Both the position numbers and the translations under genes were made by a program. 64,000 nucleotides of DNA from Octopus vulgaris (taxonomy: Eukaryota), in NCBI GenBank assembly GCA_951406725.2, contig OX597818.1:97526001-97590000 (forward strand). The letters are read 5' to 3'. The notes under the pieces were generated by a model that was not told where the DNA came from, made no database searches, and was given only the letters and a program-made list of their open reading frames with translations. Shown one piece after another: positions 1 through 11,913 of this stretch; the stretch's first letter is position 1, and each line of letters starts with the position of its first letter.

Positions 1-69
1 ACACAAACGAAACAGTGTTTGGGAGAGGAAGAAGATTCTTTGAGACAGCAAGAGATTGACAAGTTGAGC

Positions 70-305
70 CACGCTTTAGCAGTTAAGCCGGCCAAATCTG
101 GCCCAGATACTTTACTTGTTTTATGTTCAAACATCCCAGATCTGACCTCTTACAACAACCCTGCAATGTCACTCTAAAAATAAACATCATAAATAAACAT
201 CATAAGTATCGAAGCTATGAGATAATGCATGGTTAAGTCACAACAATATTGATATATAAATATTACTGAGAAATTTGACAGAGTAATCAGAATGCAAATG
301 AATAA
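70..305. mobile_element. Degenerate piggyBac-type MITE (tentative)
   Basis: Decayed terminal inverted repeats (cgctttagcagt ... aatgcaaatga); body resembles a short octopus MITE recalled from memory. Confidence 0.3.
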
Positions 306-349
306 CTTAATGTAAGTAAGGCGAACCGTTTACTTGGCTTAGCTTCATA

Positions 350-472
350 TGTGAAAACGCGTGGTCTAGTGGTTAGGATATTACACTCACATGATGGCGG
401 TTTCGATTCACGTACCGGGCGATATGCTCTTTTCATGAGCAAAGCAATTCATTTCATGTGGCTCTAGTCCAA
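350..472 (+). mobile_element. Degenerate tRNA-headed SINE (family D-like) 5' part
   Basis: A-box tggtctagtggtt, B-box ggtttcgattc, then tcatgagcaaagca...tttcatgtggctctagtcca, similar to the copy at 7326. Confidence 0.55.
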
Positions 473-569
473 TGGTTAACAATTTTTTTTTTACCTACGG
501 ATTTCTATTTTACTCTGATGTATCCCTCTAGTCATTCGATGTTTTTTTAATTAAATATCATTGAAATTC

Positions 570-1110
570 ATCTAGTATACATAAATCACAGTATGTGTAT
601 GTATATTATTGACTAACGCATACATTTTACAATTCTCAACCGATTTTCATCAAACTTTACACACACATTACTTATATCCCAAGGATGGTCATGCTCTATA
701 ACATTTTGCCCAGAGCTTCCGCGTAAAAAACGATGGTTTACACAGGTTTTTCTCTAATTCGTTGTATGTACATAGTCTTTTTTTGTATGTAAGGTCTTTG
801 GCATAAGAGAAAACTTTTTAGTGGTTTTCACAGTTTTTTGATTTATGATTTTTTTGTATGTTGTAATTGTGTATTATTACTTGGTTAGGGAATATTATAA
901 AAGTGAATGGCTTTTGTCTATTTATTCATTTCGACTGTCCACCTGTTATTATTTATTTATATATTTTGTAATTGTGTGTCATTACTTGGTTACAGAATAT
1001 TATAAAAGTGAAAGGATTTTGTCTTTATTTATTTCGACTGTCCACCTGCTACGGTGATTAAATTGACTAGGAACATTGTACGCGATGAATATCCTCGCAG
1101 AGGGGAAGTT
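570..1110 (+). mobile_element. Possible non-autonomous Helitron/Helentron-like repeat with internal ~85-bp duplication
   Basis: Starts A|TC; contains ccgattttcatcaaactttacacac; direct repeats at ~860-945 and ~966-1047; 3' end not canonical. Confidence 0.3.
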
Positions 1111-1131
1111 TCAATGTCTTCCTTCAATTTC

Positions 1132-1182
<51 letters not shown>

Positions 1183-1183
<1 letters not shown>

Positions 1184-1318
1184 CGACGAGTTTCTTTCAG
1201 TTTCCGACTACCAAATCTACTCCTGAGGCCTTGGTCGGCCCGAGGCTATAATAGAAAACTCTTGCCCAAGGTATCACGCAGTGAGACTGAACCCAGAATC
1301 ACGTGGTTGGGAAGCAAT
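1183..1318 (-). mobile_element. SINE family A, partial 5' half
   Basis: Matches other A copies (cttgcccaaggt...gactgaaccc...gtggttgg). Confidence 0.8.
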
Positions 1319-2124
1319 TGTATAAAAAAATAAATATCTTGTGTATTGCAAAAGTAAAACCAGTTTGCCACACATAGATTTTAACTGCAAACTCTTATAT
1401 AGGACCATAAGTGCCATATGGACAGCGCTTGAGAACTATTACTCAAGTACATTCAACTATAATTGAGTTCTGGCAACAGTTCGCAAGTTAACCCTGCGAC
1501 AGACTGACGTCCTTTCAAGGACTCTTGAAATCTCAGTCACTTATGTACACCGTGAAAACCAAGTTAAATTCCGGCGTTATGAGACTTAAGGTTAATGACA
1601 GACCAAAGTTATAGCTATGTGAAGTGAACTCCACGTTGGCTTATATGTGTGTACATATGAGTACTTGTGTGAGCGTGTGTCTATGCGGTTGGCGTTTGTG
1701 TCAGTACACGTATCTATGAATATGTTTGTGTGTATGTGTGTTTATTTGTGTATATAGATAAATCGGTAATTTCCTATTTAACGTTCGTAAAATCGAATTT
1801 GCTTTAGTTTCAATTTCATTTCAACACGATTCGGGGGTCACGTGGACGCCTTGATGCTCCTCGTTTTAAGGTGAATCCCAACGAAACACTTACAGATCAG
1901 TAGATAACCATGAAAGGCTCGATCTTTGTCAGATTCAGTGACTTGTATTGCTTGGTGTGCTCGTCGTGTATTGCTGAAGAATTCTCACATGTGCCCAGGG
2001 CGAAACTATTCAAAATAAGGATTAACATTTCTCCCCAATTTTTACTGGTTGTTCGTAGTATATACCACTTATAATTACGAAATGTTTTATTGAAATAAAA
2101 TTTTGGGATCACCATGATTTTACG

Positions 2125-2431
2125 CGTGGAGGTGCAATGGCCTAGTGGTTAGGGCAGCGGACTCGCGGTCGGAGGATCGCGGTTTCGATTCCCAGACCGG
2201 GAGTTGTGTGTGTTTATTGAGCGAAAACACCTAAAAGTTCCACGAGGATCCGGCAGGGGATGGTGGTGACCCCTGTTGTACTCTTTCTCCACAACTTTCT
2301 CTCACCCTTTCTTCCTGTTTCTTGAGTAACGCTGCGATGGACTGGCGTCCCGTCCAGATGGGGGGAACACATATGCCATAGAAACCGGGAAATCGGGCCC
2401 ATGAGTCTGGTTAGGCTTGAAAAGGGCGACG
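2125..2431 (+). mobile_element. SINE family C (tRNA-derived head), full length with 11-bp TSD
   Basis: A-box tggcctagtggtt, B-box ggtttcgattcc; TSD atgattttacg at 2114-2124 and 2432-2442; near-identical copy at 6121. Confidence 0.9.
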
Positions 2432-2862
2432 ATGATTTTACGTACGTCAAATAGGATATTACCCATAAATCATGAACTTATACTTATGTAAATTACCTCA
2501 CCTGAGCCTATAATATTTATTCATTAGAAAAATTAATCAACTACTCTACATGCACACACAAGCATTCGCCCACGCGCGCACACACACACATACACACATA
2601 TTAGCACACAATTAGAGACAGATACTGACAGATGTATGAAAACACATGCACACTCACATACAAATACATACACTGACGGATACACCTACTGCCATAGATA
2701 TACAGACATTCATTAATACATTTACTGATAGATACACATTTATACAAACACCACACACATACACGCTGCCATAACCATCTTCGGACGTACATTCATATGT
2801 ATGCACTAAAACACTCGTAAAAAACGAATATTTATAGTACTCACATAAGATAACGTTTAAAC

Positions 2863-2926
<64 letters not shown>

Positions 2927-3250
2927 CACAGACGTATATGCATGTGTGTGCGTATCTCATTCAATTATAAGAATTCATTAAGAATCAAGGCATATCAGCA
3001 TGTAAGACGCCAGAAAATGGCTACGTATAATTACATAGAGCTGATAGTGAAATGATACACAACTTGTAGACACCTCATGCTGACTAGATATTGTAGTTAT
3101 GTAAATATCAAATCTAATTAATTACCAACGATCCGACCCACCGGTGAATCCTTGGTGCAGCATACTCGTAAGTATAAAATAATATCAGATAAATGGAGTC
3201 TCAATTAGCTGCAGTCGTTTCGGTAGAACTTTATTCAGTGTATTCGTTAT

Positions 3251-3473
3251 TACTCTTTTACTCTTTTATTTGTTTCAGTCATGTGACTGTGGCCATGCTG
3301 GAGCACCGCCTTTGGTCGAGCAAATCGACCCCAGGACATATTCTTTGTAAGCCTAGTACATATTCCATCGGTCTCTTTTGCCGAACCGATAAGTTACGGG
3401 GACGTAAACACACCAGCATCGGTTGTCAAGCGATGTTGGGGGGACAAACACAGACACACAAACATATATACAC

Positions 3474-3525
<52 letters not shown>

Positions 3526-3709
3526 TATATATATATACATATATACGACGGGCTTCTTTCAGTTTCCGTCTAACAAATCCACTCACAAGGCTTTGGTCGG
3601 TCCGAGGCTATAGTAGAAGACACTTGTCCAAGGTGCCACGCAGTGGGACTGAACTCGGAACCATGTGGTTGGTAAGCAAGCTGCTTACCACACAGCCACT
3701 CTTACGCCT
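3251..3709 (-). mobile_element. SINE family A, full length with central (TA)n tract
   Basis: Head aggcgyaggagtggctgtgtggt, B-box-like ggttcagtcc, tail (aaaagagt)n; more than 15 copies in the window. Confidence 0.9.
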
Positions 3710-3779
3710 TAGCTTACATATTAAGCAATTCCATAGTCTTCAGGCTTAATATAAACGGTCAACCAGGGTCATTGCTTAC

Positions 3780-3840
<61 letters not shown>

Positions 3841-4049
3841 CGCACACGCACACACACATACACAAACAAACAAACACGTACGTATGTATCTATACATACA
3901 TATAAATATGCGAGCTGCATGAGGTAGTCTGTAGTTGAAAAACATAGGCAATTGCCCCCCAAAACCCCAAAATATCACTGAGCATATGTGATATATAATT
4001 TGGAACCACACACACACGCGCGCGCGGTTGATGACTGATGAGCAATTTG

Positions 4050-4200
4050 AGAGTTCAAATTCCGCCGAGGTCGACTTTGCCTTTCATCCTTTCGGGGTCG
4101 ATAAATTAAGTACCAGTTGCGTACTGAGGTCGATCTAATCGACTGACCCCCCCCCAAAAAAAAAAAAAAATTCGGGCCTTGTGACTAGAGAAGAAATGAA
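4050..4200 (+). mobile_element. SINE family B (B2 tail), 5'-truncated
   Basis: gagttcaaattccgccgaggtcgactttgcctttcatcctttcggggtcgata core followed by ggccttgtgactagagaagaa tail. Confidence 0.85.
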
Positions 4201-4645
4201 CTTGAGCTTATCCACGCCTATTACATGTGTCTTTTCATGTGACCCCCGTACGTCACCCTGTTTCAAATATTCTATTACATAGCATATTATACATATATAT
4301 ATATATATACATGTATATGACCAGAAACAGAATAAAGCTTATCTGGACACGTTTGCTTAAAATGAAAAGGAAAGGAATCCCTATTTAAAATTATAGATTT
4401 ATTTTAAATATTTCTTAAATGACTTCAAATTAAATGCAAATGAGAGAAAGAAGTCCAGGTATGTAGAATCTTTATTTATTTGTATATGAAAATAAAATTA
4501 TTTTTCTTGGGAGATCTGTCTCTCCTAATTCACACGTGTTTTTTTTTCTTTCAACCCGTCTATTATGACAGGTTATCGCTTTCCCTGCCACCTTTCTCTA
4601 TCTGAAAGCATGAGTGTGATGTGTTGGTGGGTGATGGTGGTGGTG

Positions 4646-4698
<53 letters not shown>

Positions 4699-4855
4699 AC
4701 GGATGTAGGAGGTGTTCCGACCAACAAGCTATTAATAGGAATGAAATTAAAACTATGAGATGACGACAAACAATGATTTATTGTACAATGTCATAATAGT
4801 GTCATTGATTGACTGACGCTAGATTTCAGACCAGCTTGGCTAAGCATGTGTATGT

Positions 4856-4898
<43 letters not shown>

Positions 4899-5152
4899 TG
4901 TGTGTGTGTGTGTGAGTAGGTAGGCACGGTGAGGTGGTGATGGTGGTGGCGGGGTCGAATGACTATAATTATTCCCTTCTCAGTCACGAGGCCCCGGGCT
5001 TGATTTCACTACTCAACGCCTAAAGCAAACATTATCTGTCATCGACCACGGGATGACTGAAGCCCTGTAATAGCTAGATAAACTGAGATGGCATTAAATG
5101 TGTGGCTATCTATCGGAGTGTATTATAGTGTGGGCCAGCCACATTCATAGCT

Positions 5153-5315
5153 GCAGGTGTGCTGTGTGGTTCAGAAGCTAGCTTCCCAGCCATTTGTCCA
5201 TGGTATCAGTTCCACTGCTGGCACCTTGAGCAAGAGTCTTTTTTCTATAGCCCTGGGCCAGCCAAAGCCTTGTGAGTGGATTCATAGACGGAAATTGAAA
5301 GAAGCCCGTCGTATA
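5153..5315 (+). mobile_element. SINE family A, degenerate 5' half
   Basis: Similarity to other A copies. Confidence 0.75.
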
Positions 5316-5472
5316 AATACTTACACACACATACACACATACATGCATGCATGCATACATACGAAAGCTATGGGAGTCGGAATTCTCCTCATACAAGACA
5401 TTTGCAGTACCACTACTGATTCCAACATTTGGGATATTTGACTGGTCTGTATAGGAAATCCACGCTATAGAC

Positions 5473-5918
5473 CAGTGGTTCTAAATCGGGTTCACGTGGC
5501 CTCTGAGCGTCCATATAAGATACGGGGTGGGGGTCCATGCAGCAAAATAGTAACTTAGAAATCCACAATAGTATTTTAAGGGTCCTTGAAAAAAATTTTG
5601 TTTTAGATATATGCATTACTATGTATTGCAAGCATGGGTCCCAGCTGATACGACGAGGGTCCCAGATGATACGATCAATGGAACAGCTTGCTCGTGAAAT
5701 TAACGTGCAAGTGGCTGAGCACTCCACAGACATGTGTACTCCTAACGTAGTTCTTACTAGATTTCTTACTCTAACATTTTTGCGTAGTTTAACCTACAGA
5801 AGTTAATGTATGAAATAAGTTTCTATAAAACTAGTTTTTAAACATCGAATGACTCTAGAGGTCCATCAGAATAAATTAGTAATCAAGGGGGTCCATAGAT
5901 AAAAAATGAGAACCCTTA
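5473..5918. mobile_element. hAT (Charlie-like) MITE with 8-bp TSD
   Basis: Ends cagtggttct ... gagaaccctta; TSD ctatagac at 5465-5472 and 5919-5926; removing it restores the LINE frame (HAIDIKT). Confidence 0.85.
5635..5755 (-). mobile_element. SINE family D 3' fragment inside the hAT MITE
   Basis: Reverse complement of ~7515-7620. Confidence 0.8.
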
Positions 5919-6120
5919 CTATAGACATTAAAACCTTCAAGATACTGATATCAACTGGAAATCTCCACAGAAATACTGATATCGACAGACTTTACCTAAG
6001 AAGATATAAAGGAGTTAGAGGCTTGAGATCAGTGCAGACAGCCTTTCAATGTTGTATAGTCTCTTTCAGACAGTACTTCCTAAAAGACAGCAGCAAAATA
6101 AATGCATTAATTTAGTGCTG

Positions 6121-6447
6121 GTGGAGGCGCAATGGCCCAGTGGTTAGGGTAAGGGACTCGTGGTCGGAGGATCGCGGTTTCGATTCCCAGACCGGGCGTT
6201 GTGTTTGTTTATTGAGCGAAAGCACCTAAAAGCTCCACGAGGCTCCGACAGGGGGGGGGGCACCCCTGTTGTACTCTTTCGCCACAACTTTCTCTCACTC
6301 TCTCTTCCTGTTTCTTGAATAACGCTGCGAGGGAGTGGCGTCCCGTCCAGCTCGGGCGGGGGACACATACGCCACAGAAACCGGGAAACCGGGCCCGTGA
6401 GCCTGGCTAGGCTTGAAAAGGGCGACGAAATGGGTCGAAATTGGAAC
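6121..6447 (+). mobile_element. SINE family C with 9-bp TSD
   Basis: TSD ttagtgctg at 6112-6120 and 6448-6456; similar to 2125-2431. Confidence 0.9.
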
Positions 6448-7325
6448 TTAGTGCTGAAAGTGAAGAGAACAATATCCTACGTGTCGACAGCGAGCCCCTC
6501 AGAAAGCATACTCTTCTTGATGACCCCAAAATAGCCGGATTAACGTACTTCAAAGAAGACCTGGAAGTGAAACGCTTATACCAAAAAGAAAAAAAATCAC
6601 TGTGCATAAGGTATGTTTCCCGAAGACTTGAAGAAGATAGTAACATTGGCATAAAGCGAAACCTATCTTGGATTCGTAACCGCTACATCACATCACACTT
6701 CGAAAACTATCCACTTGCAATCCAAGAACAGTAGATTGCAACGAAATATCTAATAAACAAATGAGACAGCGAGGTCCTTGGAGTTCCAAGATGTAATCGA
6801 AAATGCAGATTATATTATATTTCTGTGAAAGATATCATACGTGATTAGCAGCTACCCAAAAATGTCATCAAGGCACTAGTTCCCTCTGTGACAAGATGTC
6901 GCAAAAAACAATATATAAATGCCATTCGAGGTGGGTGGGGGCTATCCTGGAATGTATATAAAGACTTCCCTATTATGGAATACATAAACAAACATCAACG
7001 CAAGGAATACTGCTAGAACATTCTCATCAAAACATCTGTCAACTATAAACATAACAAGCCGGATATTGTTGTTTAGGTCAGACAAGAAAAAGTATGTACC
7101 GTCATAGAGGCCAGCTGTCCTGCTGATGTGAATATCTCTCTGAAAATCAGAGAGAAAAGAGGATAAGTACGGACAGCTACTTCAAAACCTCTATCTTCTC
7201 TTTCTCTCTCTCTCTCTCTCTCTTTCCGTACGTCTGTCTGTCTGTCTATCTATCTATCTGCCTGTCTCTATGTATGTGTATGTGTGTATGTATGTATATA
7301 TGTATGAATGTATGCATGTATATAT

Positions 7326-7640
7326 GTGAAGGGACGTGGCTTAGTGGTTAGGGCATTCGGCTCACGATTGTAAGGTCGTGAGTTCAATTCCCGGCAACGC
7401 GTGGTGTCCTTGAGCAAGACACTTTATTTCACGTTGCCCCAGTCCACTCAGCTGGCAAAAATGAGTTGTACCTGTATTTCAAAGGGCCAACCTTGTCACG
7501 CTGAATCTCCCTGAGAACTACGTTAAAGGTACACGTGTTTGTGGAGTGCTCAGCCACTTGCGCGTTAATTTCACGAGCAAGCTGTTCCGTTGATCGTATC
7601 AGCTGGGACCCTCGTCGTCGCAACCGACGGAGTACTCCTT
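7326..7640 (+). mobile_element. SINE family D, full length
   Basis: A-box tggcttagtggtt, B-box gagttcaattcc, central ccttgagcaagacacttt block typical of conserved-core SINEs. Confidence 0.85.
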
Positions 7641-7643
7641 CCC

Positions 7644-8080
<437 letters not shown>

Positions 8081-8099
8081 GCATTTGAGCGTGTATGCG

Positions 8100-8292
8100 C
8101 GTGTCTGTTCCCCACTATCGCTTAGCAACCAGTGTTAGTTGGTTTACGTCCCCGTACGCTAGCGGTTCGGCAAAAGAGGCCGATAGGAATAAGTACCAGC
8201 CATAAATAATGGGGTTGATTTGTTCGACTAAACCCTTCATGGTGATGCTCCAGCATGGTCGCAGTCCAATGACTGAAATAAGTAAATGACAA
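8100..8292 (+). mobile_element. SINE family A 3' half
   Basis: tttacgtccccgta...ctccagcatggtcgcagtccaatgactgaaataagtaaa. Confidence 0.8.
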
Positions 8293-8729
8293 AAAAGATG
8301 TCCGAAAACAGTATATAGAAACAGACAAGCGTTTACCGAATAATAGTCTCACAGAACTCGCAGCGCAGGTGCGGGTCATTCGCGGCACACGGGCATGTCG
8401 CGATAGAGTGGTTCACAGCATCTAGTGTCCATTACCAATAGATGTGTTGTCAATTGGATGAGTGTTATGTTTGACCCACAGATATGTAACTCCAGTCATG
8501 CCACATACTCCTCCTGAAGCAGGGTTGAAGTTTGAAAATGATCTGACTGCTACTTTCATCAGGCCGAGTAAAGTATCTGAGTGGAGACTTCCTTATTATT
8601 TCATCAGTTCTCAGAAAGCCAGGAAGGAGACGACGATAAATTGGAAAGTGGAATATATAAAGAGAGAGAAAGAGAGAGAGAGAGAGAAAAAGAGAGATAG
8701 ATGAAGAGAGATATGGAGAGAGAGAGAGA

Positions 8730-8922
8730 GAGAGGAGAGATGGAGAGAGAACTAAAGAGAGATAGACGATATAATATATATATATATCGGGGTGGGAGGG
8801 CTTATATACATACATAGGTATGTATGTATGTATGTATGTATGTATGTACGTACGTATGTACGTATTTATGTACGTATATATGTATGTATGTATATATGTA
8901 CGTATATATGTATGTATGTATG

Positions 8923-8980
<58 letters not shown>

Positions 8981-9147
8981 CATACATACATACATACATA
9001 CATACGTACATACGTACGTACATACATACATACATACATACATACATACATACATACATACGTATGTATGTATATAAGCCCTCCCACCCCGATATATATA
9101 TATTATATCGTCTATCTCTCTTTCTTGCTGTCTCCATCTCTCTCTCT
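8730..9147. repeat. Long foldback (inverted repeat) around a TA/TACA microsatellite core
   Basis: gatagacgatataatat...cggggtgggagggcttatatacat (8761-8815) is the reverse complement of ~9064-9118. Confidence 0.9.
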
Positions 9148-10178
9148 ATATATATGAAGGGCTTCTGAATAACGTCCATCTAGCATATTTACTGAACAGG
9201 CATTGGTTGGTTTTGGATTGCAGTGAAGACACCTGCTCAAGATGCCGTAAAGTCGGACCGAACACGAAACTACATAGTCTTGAAACAGACGCCTTAATTA
9301 CATACCCTTGTCTGCCCAACGCCTATATGCCCCCCCCCCCCCACACGCACACGCGCACACACACACACACACACAAATATATATATGATTTGTAAGTCGT
9401 GATCAAAGAAATTATTAAATAGGTTGCGAAGAATAATTATATTTAAAATTAAAAAAATACAATACTGGTGAAAAGTCCAGAGAGGTTACACAACTGGTGC
9501 AAAGTCCTAGGAGAATGAATGTCCCATATTATGGTGAGCAGTTGATTAGTGAAAATAAAATGGTAACCAATAGATAAACTCGTGGTAAAGGTTTAAGGTG
9601 CATACAGCAGAAAGGAGAGAAAAATGAAGATCCTAATAATACAAAGATGCTGAGAATCCATAGGTGGTGTAACTGGAAAAGGAAAAAAAAAAACACTTCA
9701 AGAGGGTTTAGTTACAATGCATGGCTTGGAAAAATAGCACAAACATATGGTATAAGAAAATGGCGGACGTAAAGAAAATCATTTAGACAAAAGAGTGAAG
9801 AGGAAGGGAGGTAAAAAGATGAGCCGGATAAGACAAGGAAGATATTGTGATCGTGTGCACTGGCGCTTGTGTTTGTGTGTGTGTGTGTGACTACTCTCTT
9901 TCACACCTTGCGTTTGTGTGTGCCTGACCACTCTCTTTCACATCTTCTCTAACTCGCCGCCACTGTGGTGGCGAGTTAGAGAAGGTGTGAAAGAGAGTGG
10001 TCAGGCAAATCTTGAGTGATGCTAGGGGTGAGGAAAAGTGCGCGTGTGAGTGAGTGAGTGAGAAAATGTGTCACGTAGTTGAAAGGAAGGAAGAAAAAAA
10101 AAAAGAAGAAAGACATGTGTTGGTGGGTATGTGAGTGTTAGGGTAACAAGATGGTGAATGAATGGTGATGTATGTGTA

Positions 10179-10393
10179 TAAGGGGTACTGAAAATTTTCT
10201 GGCTTTGGATTAAAGAAAATACAGGAGGATTAGTTAATCATGATTTTACTCAACATATTCCCTACTAAGATTCACACACTTATTGCAGCGGTCCTTCAGT
10301 TTTTCTAAGCCTTGTAAAACACTGAAGGTTGGGCCTCCAGCCAGGCCTTTCACAATATACCCTTAAAGCCAGGAACTTTTCAACACCCTCTCG
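10179..10393. mobile_element. Tc1/mariner-type MITE
   Basis: TIRs aggggtactgaaaattttctggcttt / aaagccaggaacttttcaacaccctctcg, TA-flanked. Confidence 0.8.
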
Positions 10394-10444
10394 TATATAC
10401 GTGTCTATGTGTGTGTAGGTTTAGTTGTATGGTTTAGTTGTATG

Positions 10445-10475
<31 letters not shown>

Positions 10476-10713
10476 GCGTGTGAATGGGTAACGTACGGAC
10501 GCATGTTTGTAACGTATGAATGCATGTATGAATGGATAGTTGGGTGCATGTGTGTGCATACGATGTATGAATGACAGGATTAATGGGTGTCTGTGTGTGC
10601 GTGTGTATGTATGTAGTATGTATGTATAAGTCTATGAGTAAAACAATGGGTAAAAAAAGGGAAAAGTGAGATCACACATGACAAAAGAAGAAAATGACAG
10701 AATGAAAGAAAGA

Positions 10714-10779
<66 letters not shown>

Positions 10780-11400
10780 CAGACAAAAAGAAAGCTAGGG
10801 TCAGAAATCCAGACATTCAGACGAACAATTACAAACATAAAAGAAAGAAAGAAAAGCAACCACCCAGAGTCAATAGTAATTACAACTGGTTATACAAATA
10901 GATTGATTGAATGGTGACATACCGTACCTCTTGGTCTAAAAGTGTACAATAACAGCAACAACAACCTTAATAACAACAATACTAACCACAACAACCAACA
11001 ATACAGAAAACACTATCAGCAGCAGTAGTAGCAGCAGCATCAACAACAGAAGCAGCAGCAACAGCAACAACAATAACAATAATGTAATTGTAGTACATTT
11101 CTTCCTCCTCCTCCTCCTCCTCCTCTTCAAAAAACATACAGGACTGTCATAGTTGGAATGTTGTAAGATTGTTCAAACAAGCACTGACATGGAGGAGGTT
11201 GGAGGTGGGGGTGTTCGATACAATAACACCAACAACAGCAGCAGCAACATCAACAAGAACAAGAACAGCAGCAGCAACAACAATAACATCAATGGCAACA
11301 AGTGCTGCAGCAGTAAGCGCAACAAAACCATCAGCAGTAATAACCTTTCTACTATTGGCGTAAGGCTGGAAACTTGGGTGGGGGAAGGAATAGTCCGATA

Positions 11401-11913
11401 ACATCGACCCCTGTACTTGACTGGTACTTAATTTATCGACTCCGAAAGGATGAAAGGCAAAGTCGCCCTTTGCGAAATTTGAACGCAGAATATGAAAGCA
11501 GATGAAATACCTATTTCTTTATTACCCACAAGGGGCTTAAACATAGAGTGGACAAACAAGGACAGACAAACGGATTAAGTCGATTACATCGACCCCAGTG
11601 CGTAACTGGTACTTAATTTATCGACCTCGAAAGGATGTAAGGCAAAGTCGACCTCGGCGGAATTTGAACTCAGAACGTAAAGGCAGACGAAATACCTGTT
11701 TCTTTACTACCCACAAGGGTAGTAAAGAGAGCTCAAACAAGAACAGACAAACGGATTAAATCGATTATATCGACCCCAGTGCGTAACTGGTACTTAATTT
11801 ATCGACCCCGAAAGGATGAAAGGCAAAGTCGACCTCTGCGGAAATTGAACTCAGAACGTAACGGCAGACGAAATACCACTAAGCATTTCGCCCGGCGTGC
11901 TAACGGTTCTGCC
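11401..11913 (-). mobile_element. SINE family B tandem array (3 units)
   Basis: ~180-bp units joined at aaagaaat(c)a|ggtatttc(g/a)tctg. Confidence 0.9.

Larger units (their letters stand above)
5390..7195 (+). pseudogene. Decayed R4/Dong-type (RLE) non-LTR retrotransposon, interrupted by a hAT MITE and a SINE C
   Basis: Stitched translation: TFAVPLLIPTFGIFDW..EIHAIDIKT..TGNLHRNTDIDRLYLRRYKGVRGL, AIQEQ, degenerate zinc knuckle, HNKPDIVV, IEASCPAD.N, KEDKY; many stops and frameshifts. Confidence 0.85.

Noticed and set aside
2125-2200. tRNA-like heads of SINEs C, D and E as tRNA genes
   Set aside because: They continue into SINE bodies with TSDs and lack a complete acceptor stem.
3193-3749. 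Recurrent ORFs such as ...[35 protein letters not shown] at many loci
   Set aside because: Antisense readings of SINE A, not a protein family.
10945-11345. Poly-Q/N/S-like ORFs
   Set aside because: Degenerate (CAA/CAG/AAT)n microsatellite without splice signals or domain content.
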